DNA of 62,000 nucleotides, taken from the NCBI GenBank assembly GCA_013239625.1, contig MU053758.1:2790001-2852000 (forward strand), in the 5' to 3' direction. The position numbers and the translations under genes are program-made. Positions 11,701 through 23,700 of this stretch are shown here, piece after piece. Origin of the DNA: Lama guanicoe (taxonomy: Eukaryota). Every line of letters starts with the position of its first letter. Position 1 is the first letter of the stretch. The notes beneath the pieces were generated by a model, which was given only the letters and a program-made list of their open reading frames with translations, was not told where the DNA came from and did no database searches.

Positions 11701-14700
11701 TGAATGGTGTTATTCACTAAGAAAGGGACCACAGGAGGAGGAGATTTCAGAAAGGACAGTGTTAGGTTGTTTTGGATGATTTGAGATTGAGGAACATGTG
11801 GGACTTTCAAGTGGCAGTATCTAGTATGTATTGTATGAAATTTAAGAGGGGGGTGTAGTTCTGCTTTGTCAAATGTAGTCATCAGCCAAATGTGGCTATT
11901 TAAACTAATTAAACTTAAAAATTCAATTCCTCAGTTGCAGTAGCCACATTTTAAGTACTGAGTAGCCACATGGGTGTAGATAAAAACATTTCCATCATCC
12001 CAGAAAGTCCTATTGAACAGCACAGGTCTAGATTGGAGAAGACTTGATATCTTGCCTTTCATAGTAATCTGTTACTTGCTTGCATTACTTCTTGGTTACT
12101 AACGGTATTTACCTAGACATTTAGTCTTGCCTATTACTTAAAATTTGATCTATATGTTAGTCCACAGGTTAGTTTTTCATCCCTCTCTTTTCTTTACAGT
12201 GTGTCTTTTTGAAAAGATTTTGAAGGTTGCTCACTAATGGTTCAACTCAGCATGCTCTGTCTGTCCTTTGTATTTCTTGTGAATTGTCTTTCCTTGGATC
12301 TGGAAGATACCAGTGTGAGCCAAAGCTTTTGTCTTGCACAGAACTGAATGATGATCACCTAATTCTCTTTCTTTCTCGCTCTTTTTTTTAAGTGGAGGTA
12401 CTGGGGATTTGAACCCAGGACCTCATGCATGCTAAGCAGGCGCTCTACCACTGAGCTATTACCCTCCGCCCACCTGATTTTCTTTCCCTTACAAGTCCTT
12501 GCTATTTTTGTCTAGATGTTCCTAGTATATATGTTTTTTAAGGCCCAATAATTCTATTAGAATTTGTCTTAGAGTTCATCATTCTAGGTCAGTGCTCACA
12601 GATATGAGATGTGCCGTATAGTATGTTGTGAAACTTCTGTCCAAATATTCTTTTCCTGTCTTTGGTACTTCACCCTTTCTCTCTAATCCTCTTTATCTGT
12701 TTGTTCACTTCCTTTTGATCTTTAAATATTTTCTTCTTTTTCACTTTTTATTTCTCATAAGGCATTATTGTATTTATTATTCACTCTTGTGTTCCTTCTA
12801 GTTTTAGACTTTGTATTTGAAATGATTTTTTAAACATTTTAATGCCTTCCTGAGTTCTTTCATTTCATTTTTGAATTTTTCTAATTCTGAATGACGTTCT
12901 TCTATGCCTTATGTAATATTCTTACTTTTTTACTTATTTTGAAATAGAAGTTATAATTTTGATATGATATACACATGTCTTTCTGGCATGCTTTCATTAT
13001 AGGAATGCTTTTCTACTTTTTTTTTCTCATAGTAAGTTTGTATGGGGTTTGGCCTCTGTATTTTTCTTTTGTTGATTTTTATGTAAAATTACTTTTCCTG
13101 ATTTTCAAAGGTAGTATGGCTCAGAGTAGCTTTTTCATGAAAGAGCTCCCTCTTCTGTTGTTGCCCTGTAGTAGTGTTAAATAATGTGGTAACTTACTTT
13201 CTGAGATTTCTTTTTTCTTTTTTTACTTTCTGAGATTTCTTGCTTTTGTTCCCTTCTCTAACTGGGTTTGGACCTTCTCTTTTCCTTCATTTCTTTTGTG
13301 CCTCTTCTGCTCAGTTTGATTCTCTTCTCAACAGTTTTATCTTCAGTATGGGACCCTATTCTTAAAAGGAACCTTGGCAGCCAGATTGGTTTCAGGATTT
13401 CAGAGAGGTTAGACTGCTGTAGCCCTTTCAGACCTTTTCACTGCAGGACCCTTTTAAGCTCACATGTTGTAGAGAGTAAAGCCCCTTCTGATTTCAGCTG
13501 TTGTGTTCAGTTTTGCGTTCTATTGAATACTGTTGACTAGTTCAGGGTTCTCCTACTTTCATGTCCGTTGACTTCTCTACTTTCTCCAGCACTGATACCA
13601 ATCTGATGGAGATCTTGTGGCTATTGATATTTTGTATCTTGTAACCTAGTTTTGTTGTGAATGTTGTCCAGAGGGCTTTGATTTTGCTGTCAGAAGCTCC
13701 CATTTCATGTATATATTTGAAAAGATCAAAAACTATGCTGCTGCCGTTTTCCCAGAACCCTCCAAGAAAATGTTTTAAACAAATTTGACTATGGAGGGGA
13801 GGCTAGAGAGAGGATAGCTGGAAAGAAGTCTATGAGGTCAAGAGAAGGTTTGGAGTTATTTTTTAAAGTTGGAGACTCAAGTATGGCTAAAAATTGAAGA
13901 AATGAGTAGAAAAGGAAAGAAAAGGGAGAGAGAGGTAATAAGTATACTGGTGTCCTTGACTGAGTATGTGAGAAGAAATAGGAACCAGACAAGAAAAACA
14001 TCTTCATTATAATTATAGAGGGGTGGGAAGGAAAGGTGTATGAGGAGGAAGCTAGTATTGCATTCTTTGTTTTGTTTTCCTTGTGAAATAGAAGGAAGGA
14101 CATCAAGAATGGTTGTTGGTGGCGGGACAGTGCAGGAGTTCTGAGACTAAAGATAGTTTGAGTAGTTGAGATTGGAGGTGACACTGATGTGTGAAGTTGT
14201 ATGATTTTTTTTTTTTAACTCCCAGTAGTGATAATCAGTAGTCTCGTTGTAGGCCTAGAAAAAGCAGACCTTTTGGTTAATCTAGTCCTGGGCCCATGGG
14301 AGTAGGGGGCTTGCGGGAGTTGCTAGTAGTGATTGAAATGAGTGGGCCATAGAGTCTAGGGAGAGAGGGAAGTGAGTGTGGAAAAGGGCTGATTGGTAGG
14401 GAGAATGTGGAAGGGTCAAGGGAGTGGATGTCTGAAGAAGTTGGAGATGAGAGGGTAAGGGAATAACTGGGGAAGATCAGGAATAACAGGCAGGATTATT
14501 TTTAAAAACAGCTTTATTGAGATATAATTTATGTGCCATTCAATTTACCCATTTGTTTATTTATTAATACTTAAAAAAAATGGGGGGGTAATTAGGTTTA
14601 TTTCTTCTTCTTCTTCTTTTTTTAATGCAAGTACCTGGGATTAAACCCAGGTTTAAGTGCTAAGCACTGCATTCTACCACTGAGCTATACCCACCTCCAC

Positions 14701-17700
14701 AACTTACCCATTTAAAGTAAACAATTCTGTTGTTTTTAGTATATACAAATATGTGTGACTATTACCACAGTCAATTTCAGAACATTTTCGTCACCTCAGA
14801 ATGAAATCCTGCAGCCTTTAGTTGTTATCCACCCTCTGCAGTTCCCATCCTCATTCCCTCCAGCCTTAAGCAGCCACAAATCTTTCTGTTCTAGAGATTT
14901 CTCCATTCTGGCCATCGGTATGAACGGAATCATATATATGATAACATAATGTAATATGACTGGCTTCTTTCACTTAGCATAATGTTGCCAAGGTTTTCAT
15001 CCAAGCTGTAGCTTGCATCATTGCTTCATTCCTTGTTATGGCTGAATGATATTGTGTTGTATGATTATACCACATTTTATTTATCCATTCGTCCAACGAT
15101 GAACATTGGGTTTCTATTTTTTTGTTATTGTGAATAATGCTGCTGTAAACACTAGTGTACAAGTTTTTGTGTGGATGTATGTTTTCATTTCTTTTGGGTG
15201 TGTATGTAGGAATTGTGTAGGAGTTGTGAGTCATATGGTAACTCTGTTTAATCGTTTGAGGAATTGCCAAACTGTTTTCCAAAGCATCTGCACCATTTTA
15301 CATTCTCAGCAGTAATGTATGGGGATACCAATTTCTCCGCATACTCAACAACACTTACTATTGTCTTGATTTTTTTATTGTAGCCATCCTAATCAGTGTG
15401 AAATGATATCTCATTTTGATTTGTATTTTTCTAATGACTAATGATTTGAGCGTTTTTCTTGTGCTTATTGGCCGTTAGTGTATCTTCCTAGGAGAAGTGG
15501 CTATTCAGATACCTTGTCTGTTTTTTTATTGGATTGTCTTTTTATTATTGAGCTGTAAGAGTTCTTTATATATTCTAGATGTAAGTTTCTTACCAGAGAC
15601 ATGATTTGCAAATACTTTTTCCCATTCTTTGGGTAGTCTTTTCGCTTTCTTGATCATGTAAAGTTTCAATTTTGATAAAGTCCAGTATATCTGTTTCTTC
15701 TTTTGTTGCTTGTGTGTTTGGTGTCATATCTAAGAAGCTTTTGCTGAATTTATGCCAAATCAAAAGTCATGTTTTCTTCTAAGAGTTTCATAGTTTTAGC
15801 TCTTATATTTTAGGTCTTTGGTCCATTTTGAGTTAATTTTTGTGTAAGGTGTAACATAAGAGTCTAACTTCATTCTTTTGCATGTGGCAGTTTTGATCAA
15901 AGTCTGGGGCATTTAAATTTAAGTTTTTTTTAAAGTGGGTCAGGTTTACGTTAACAAAATGTGTAGCAGTTCCAGGTGAGACTGGTCTGGATTGTGTATG
16001 TGGAAGTGGATGACTGAAGTGGAGGTGAAGACTGTGAACTCACTGCCAAAGTCTTTAAGTCAGTGACCGGGTGGGCCCAGGCAGAGGCACAGAGGTACAG
16101 GTTTCCCCCTTGAGTATCCCTGTGAGACCTTTCGTAAGCTGAAATGGATAAAGTTAAGAAGCAATGACCTTAGGACACATCTTGCTAAGGGATGCACAAA
16201 ATAAATTGAGATAAAGCACAGATGCTCACAATCATGGTTCAGAGCTGTGGCGCCTTAACGGTGAGAGGCTGAGTGTAGCTCCCAGGGAAGGAGCTTGGCT
16301 GTGCCGCTCTCTGCTTGGGGTGCGGAGCTACCTGGATGACAGCTCACTGCAAAACAAACATTGAGTGCTAATTTCACTTTTGCCTTTTTTCTTACAACAA
16401 AAATTCTCTTAAAATTTCTTTCAGTTTATGAAAACAGGTACTAATGTAGGTCTTTCATAAAAGTGAACTTTCAAAAAGCAGGGGATACCTGTATAGCTAG
16501 GTGATAGAAGCCTCAGAGAAGCAGGAGTTTAAAATGTGGTGGCAGAGTTAGAGACACTGAGAATGAGGGCGATACAAATTTTACCTCCTACTCTGCAATA
16601 TGTGGGGAGTGGAAAAATGAGCTAAACCCTCTGCATGAGAATTCTGCCAGGAACGCAGTTGCTTCAGAGGAGAGCTAGGCTTTAGAGTTGGGAAAAGTGT
16701 TCTCTGAATGAGAGAGTCAGCAGTAGGAGAGTTTGTCCCTGAAAAAGGGTTTTGATGTCAGCCCATAGCCAAAGGGGCTTGACCGTAGGTTAGCACCTTG
16801 GCTTCAGTGAGACCAGACTTTGACTCTGATTTGGAGTCTCCTCAGCACTGTGCCATTTGTATCTTTCTGTCCTGCCCTGGAAACAAAATTAGATTCTCAT
16901 TTGGAATAAAAGAGTTGCCTCATTTGACATTCCACCACAGACTAGAGAGGATAGGGCATAAAACAAAGTTGTCATTAATTGTGCTGATACTATTTTAAGA
17001 TGTTTGAATTCAGTCAGTGGAGGGGGTGGGGGGAGTAATGAGTTGAGGTCACTTATACACCAAGCAAGATTCTTGCAATTTCTGCTGCAAAACCTGTAGG
17101 GAACATAGGACCAAGGAAAGAACTAAATGATTAACACCCACCTATCCCCGACTCAAGAGGAGAGAAAACTTACTGTGATTGACGGAAAATGGAAAGAATC
17201 AAGGGTACTTGGTTGTTAAAAAGCTGTAGGTAAAGGCTTGGTTCTCATAGTGTGGGCGTGGTCAGGCAATCCTCCTCAGTTCTGTGGGTTTTGTAACAGT
17301 ATCACCTTTCTAGGAATCCTAACCCAAAACACTTAGAGGCTGAAATATCCTGATGCTGAGTAGGAAATTAAGGGAAAGGGGAATTATTAATTGCCTTGTT
17401 TGGATCAATCAGGCAGACTCAACCCTATTTCAAAAAAAGATCCGAAACTTAGAGCTTGAGAGCTTGCTTCATCAGGAATCTCACAGTGATTCTCTTTGAC
17501 CAGATTCCTGAGGCCTTCCTGGGTCTGGAGTTAGGAGATGGTCTGGTTCAGGTTGAGGGTCAGACCCAATAGGAGAATAAGAGACCAATGTACATGTACC
17601 TACCAGGTGGCAGAGGTATACTGGTACTGTGACATGTTAACCCAGCAGTGGAAACTAGACCACCCTACCCTCCCTTGAACTCATTACTTTGTGTCCTTAC

Positions 17701-20700
17701 AGGTCTCTAAATGTACTTCCCTAGTCTATAGCTCTGCCTCCTTAGGTCCAAGCCTTTAGAGGACAAGGATATGAGAGTAACTTTAATCTAAAGCCAGTCC
17801 CATTAACATGAGCCTTAGCTGCTCCTTTTCCCTGCCTAGAAGTAGCCACACCGCTACTGTCTAACCCTTTTTTATTTTTCAGTTGAAGTGTAATTGATTT
17901 CTACCCAGTCTTTTCTAGTGGCCCCTATTTAGAGTATGCCCTAAGGATCCTTCTTTTTTGGGGAGACCCAACACTTTCTGTATGTTGGGATTATCCAGTC
18001 TTTTTTTTTTCCCAAAATTTTTCGTTATTGCTTTATTTTGAAATAATTACGGATTCACAGTAAGTTTAAAAAGAAGTACAGAGAGGTCCTGTGTACTCTT
18101 CACCGAGTTTCCCCCAATCATCCAATCTTTTTAAAATTGAAATATAGTTGATTGGATTATCCAGTCTTGATTTGGTAAGACAGGCAAGAAGGTGGAGAGG
18201 AGAGAGCACTTGGGCTTTAATTTTTTTCATTTTTAAGGTGTGATGGTTGTACAAGTTTTTCTAAAGTTTTCCAAGTCAAAATTTTATGATTGTCATTCTG
18301 AACAGAGTTGTGGGCTAAGGGACTCTCATGCTGCAGAAAATTAGTATTCATATCATAGACATCAAAATGTAAGCCACTATTTTCCAACTTGAGGGTAATA
18401 GTGCTTCAAGAAATCATGGAGTTAAAAGGATTTGCAAATTCACTAGCTCTACTCTCATTATCTATAGACTAAATCTACACCTCCCACCTTTATGTACCAC
18501 TATCTTTGAATATGTATTAATGAATAATGCAAATGTATTTTAAAGTATTATTGAATGTCTAGCAGTTGTTTGTCATTACATGTTTTCTCAGTCAGTGGAT
18601 ACTATACTGAGCTATAGTCTCATGGGGATCCATGAAAATTTTAAATCCTAAAAGGGAGTTCACATAGTTTCAAAGGATGGGAATGTCTGCTCTAGGCCAT
18701 TTTGAAATGAGAGTATTCACAACTTGAGTTTGAGTATAGTTATTAGGCCCTGCATGTTTAAGAGACAATTCACTGAGAGAGAGAGAGAAATTATTGACGA
18801 AGATAAAGCTCCTTCTGTATACTAGACACTTAAAGGCCTCCCATCCATATCCCCTGGGCTCCTTCCCTAGAGGCTGCCACTGTGTTTTTTTCCCCCGTCC
18901 AGTTTTATTGAGATATAATTGACATGCAGCACTGTATAAGTTTAAGGTGTACAGCATAATGATTTGACTTAACATCATGAAATGATTATCATGATAAGTT
19001 TAGTGAAAGAGGCTGCCGTTGTTAACAGTTCCTTGCATATCTTCCTGGAAAACCCACAGGGATCTATTATAGCACATGTATGTATATATATATATTTTTT
19101 TAAATGTGCTTTTTACTATTTTAACAATGCTTCTGTTCTGTAGAAACTTTAGTAAGAATATTGATACATTTACTTTTAATTCTTACATTGTAGTAAAATT
19201 TGTTAGATGTTTTCCTAAAGAATGGAAAATTTAAAAATGCACTGTTCAGATCTTACCTCCATGGCTGACAGGGAAACTTTTTTCAGGGTGATGAAGGGGA
19301 GTACAGTGAAGAGGAAAACTCCAAAGTGGAGCTGAAATCAGAAGCCAATGATGCTGCTAATTCTTCAGCAAAAGAAGAGAAGGGAGAAGAAAAGCCTGAC
19401 AGCAAAGGCACTGTGACTGGAGAGAGGCAAAGTGGGGATGGACAGGTTAGTACTCACCAGAGGCCTCCGTTTGGGTTCTGGAATAGAGGCTCTTAACCTT
19501 GGAGTAAATAAGGAGCCCTTTTTCTGTCCAACAGGAAAGCACAGAGCCTGTGGAGAACAAAGTCGGTAAAAAGGGCCCTAAGCATTTGGATGATGATGAA
19601 GATCGGAAGAACCCAGCATACATACCCCGGAAAGGGCTCTTTTTTGAGCATGATCTTCGAGGGCAGACTCAGGAGGAGGAAGTCAGGTAACAGCCACTTG
19701 CTACTGCTATGCAATATGTTAGTTATGTTAGTATGTATTTAGTGCTTTTGCTGTGCCAGGCACTTTGCTAAATGCTTCACCTGTATTGTCTCATTTACCA
19801 TTCACAACATTTTAAGGTAAATATTATGATTATCCCTCTTGTACAAATGAGCAAAGTAAGGCTTAGCACATTTAGTAATTCTTAGTGGAGGAGCTGGGAT
19901 CCAGACCCACACTTCCACTGCCTTCCTAAGTACTCTGAGGCTCAAGGCCTCTGGGGATATGAAATACTTACACAGGTATTTTAGAGGAGAGAAGTGTTTC
20001 CAGAGTGCCAAGTAGTTTGAAGTGAAGTCTTTCCTCATTTTTGTTTCTGTTAAATTTGAGCCCATGGGCCCTAGGGTGCTGTGATGCCCTCTTGCTTTTG
20101 GAAGGCCCGTTTTGTATAACCTGTCTAGGAAGATGGAGAGACTACCTGCGTTCCTGCTGTTTCCCTGCCCAGCCCTGTTTATTTCATGAACATCTTTATT
20201 TGGCAGAATCTGCCAACCTAAGACACTTTTCCCTGGTTTTAACCAGACCCAAGGGACGTCAGCGAAAGCTATGGAAGGATGAGGGTCGCTGGGAGCATGA
20301 CAAGTTTCGGGAAGATGAACAGGCTCCCAAGTCCCGCCAGGAGCTCATTGCTCTTTATGGCTATGACATCCGCTCAGCTCACAATCCTGATGACATCAAA
20401 CCCCGAAGAATCCGGAAACCCAGGTGAGGAAATTTGGGAGCCTACACTGTTGGTATTTGCAGGAAAAAACTCTGCTTTTTGGAATGCCATTCTAGCTCAT
20501 AATTGAATGGATGAGGAATAGTGGAAGTTTCTGTGACCCTCAGTTTATATCTCTAGTGGCCCTACTTGTTATTTCTCCACTCTCCATTTGTTCAGGTTTG
20601 GAAGTCCTCCACAGAGAGATCCAAACTGGATTGGTGAGCGGCCAAATAAGTCCCATCGCCACCAGGGTCCTGGGGGCACCCTACCACCGAGGACATTTAT

Positions 20701-23700
20701 CAACAGGAATGCTGCAGGTACTGGCCGCATGTCTGCTCCCAGGAATTACTCTCGATCTGGGGGCTTCAAGGAAGGTCGTGCTGGTTTTAGATCTGTGGAA
20801 GCTGGTGGACAGCATGCTGGCCGGTCTGGTGAGACTGTTAAACATGAGACTAGTTACCGGTCCCGGCGCCTGGAGCAGACTCCTGTCAGGGATCCATCTC
20901 CAGAAGCAGATGCTCAAGTGCTTGGCAGTCCTGAGAAGGAAGAGGCGGCTCCGGAGATAGCAAATCCTACTCCTGACGCTGCACCACCGGCCCCTGACAG
21001 GCCTATTGAGAAGAAATCCTACTCCCGGGCAAGAAGAACCAGAATCAAAGCTGGAGATGCAGTCAAGGTTGCAGAGGAGGTGCCTCCTCCACCTGAAGGG
21101 CTGACCTCAGCACCTCCAGTCCCAGAAACTACCCCTCCTCCACCTGCTAAGACTGGGAACTGGGAGGCCCCAGTGGATTCTACTACAGGTGGACTTGAAC
21201 AAGATGTGGCACAACTAAATATAGCAGAACAGAATTGGAGCCCAGGGCAGCCTTCATTCCTGCAGTCACGTGAGCTTCGGGGTAGGTATCTTAGGGTTAG
21301 TGACTAGCTTTATTCTCTTTGCATCATTGGATTTAGGGGCATGGGACTTAAGCCTCTCAGGGTTGTGGTGTCTGATGATATCTTTATTTTCATTAACTAC
21401 AAGAAACAGGTGGATTCATAGATACATTCATCCAAAGATCCTAGAGCCATTTTATCTATTATGCAAGACTACCCCACTACTTTGCTTACTATTAACTGGT
21501 CAGTCATCAATATTGAGCTCCTGAGTGCAGAACCCTTTACCACTCTCTGTGGAAAAAGTAGAAGAAGGCAGTGTTCTTATTATTTGAGCTAATGGTTAAA
21601 TGTTTGAAGGCAGAAGCTGCATTTGAATTTGGATGAGTATCTTCTAATCTCTTTGAAAGGAAAGCCTCTCAAATTTCCTCAATCTTCTAGAGCCAAGATG
21701 CCCAGTAGAACTTTCTGTAATGATGGTGCTTTTGAATACTTGTAATGTGGACAGAGTGACTGAGAAACTAAACTTTTAATTAATGGAAATCTAAATAGCC
21801 ACATGTGGCTAGTGGGTATCATGTTGGACAGCACAATGCTGGAGACTAGGACCTATCTCCCACCCTTCTTGCCCATTCATTTTTTCTTCTTCCAATCAGA
21901 GAGATCAAAGGACCTTTTCCTTAGTTTTTGACATCTAATTCGAACTTAAAGATTGGAATTCCTCATTTGGACTGGGGATTTCAGCATCCTTCTCTGGTGT
22001 GCATGATTTTTGAACACCAAAAACGAAGATAGTCTAAACTGGACCTGGAGTTGATCTTTGGATAGAGGAGTTCACTCTCCTGCCAGTGCCTTATCACTGG
22101 AAGATAGTCTCTAGGACATTCCTTTTTTGTCCTGAATGTTCCTTCAGCCAGAGGGGAATCTCTTCCCATACTTCCTAGCCCAGACCTCTGTGGCAGGAAT
22201 GATCAGGTAGATTTAGAACATCCTCCCCTGTCCAGTTGTTGCTCCGAAACTTTAGGGCTGAGATTTTTCAATGTGTTTGATAATCTAATGTACTAATGAT
22301 AACCTCCCAGGAATTCTGTACAGGGAAGTATTTAATGGGGAAGTTTTGAACTTGCAATTTTCTCACTGAAGTAATTTTTTAATGTTCAAAGGCTTTATTG
22401 CTATATCAAGGTGGCAGGCAGCGGGGGTAAATTTCCAAATGCTGGTATTGATAGGAAGCAGAGATAGTTTAAAAGGAATTTTGTTAGTTTAAAAGAAGAA
22501 AGCTATTCCCCGTGTTGGATTCTTCAACCTGTCATTTTCTTGATGGTATCTTTAGTCCCATTCATATCTGTCCACTCTGCAGCGGTGACTTTTTTGGTAT
22601 ATTTCAGGTATGCCCAACCACATGCACATGGGAGCAGGACCTCCACCTCAGTTTAACCGGATGGAAGAAATGGTACAGAAGGGGGGAAAAGGGTAGATGT
22701 AGGGGGTTGCATGTCACAGCTTGCTCACTGTTTAAACTGAATCAGTTTTCCCATGTTTCCTGTGTTTCTTTTAACTTGGGTCTTCAGAAATACAGGGTAC
22801 TATCTCGGTTTAGATCTTGATGCTTTTCATTGGTTTTTCAATTCATTTTGCACATTTTTTTTAACACTGTCATTACTGAGTAAGTGCTTTGCAGTGCCTA
22901 AAGGAGGGTGGAACTTGATGAGAGTCAGCCCTTTGGAAGTCTTCTTGTTCAGACATCTATCTTTATTTCAGGGTGTCCAGGGTGGGCGAGCCAAACGCTA
23001 TTCATCTCAACGGCAAAGACCTGTGCCAGAGCCTCCTGCCCCTCCTGTACACATCAGTATCATGGAGGGACATTACTATGATCCACGTGAGTTTATTCTT
23101 ATTTTGGGGTACCTTTCTTGGCAGGTGAAGTGAACTAAGAGACCAGCCTCCTGCCTCCTGAATTCCCTGTCTCACCTCTTACAGTGATTAACAAACATTC
23201 TCTGGTTGCTGTTTTCTTCACATGGAAAATTGAGAACATCTTTTCAAGGGTTTGGGAGACAAGAAGACTTGTCTGTGTGATGTGAAGAGTGAGGGTTTAT
23301 GAGAGTCCCAATGTGATATCTTACAGTGCAGTTCCAGGGACCAATCTATACCCATGGTGAGAGCCCTGCCCCACTGCCTCCTCAGGGCATGATTGTGCAG
23401 CCAGAAATGCACCTTCCCCACCCAGGTAAGCTTTGCACCTCTGCTTGTATGCTTCCAGTACATGAGGATGTGTGTTGGGAGCTTCACAAACCCCATCCTC
23501 CTGAGCTCTGCGCTGCTTGCTTATGAGGCTGGCCACTTTGGCTGCTTGGGCAACAAACTCCTCTTGGGTCCATCCTGAGGACTTCATCCTGAGCCTGTTT
23601 GTGCTGAGCAGTCCAGCCAGACCATCCTGTGGAAATGGTATTATCTTCTGTTTCAATTTTGTTTTCTTCTCCCTGTCCAGGTTTACATCCCCACCAGACA

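Noticed and set aside
13194..13240. Short direct repeats here, near 7524-7557 and near 35437-35460
   Set aside because: Ordinary slippage duplications with no spacer-array structure. Not CRISPR-like, and the DNA is eukaryotic.
14974..15315. L1-like ORFs here and at 53501-53750
   Set aside because: Frameshifted remnants of L1 ORF2 or its antisense strand, not host genes.
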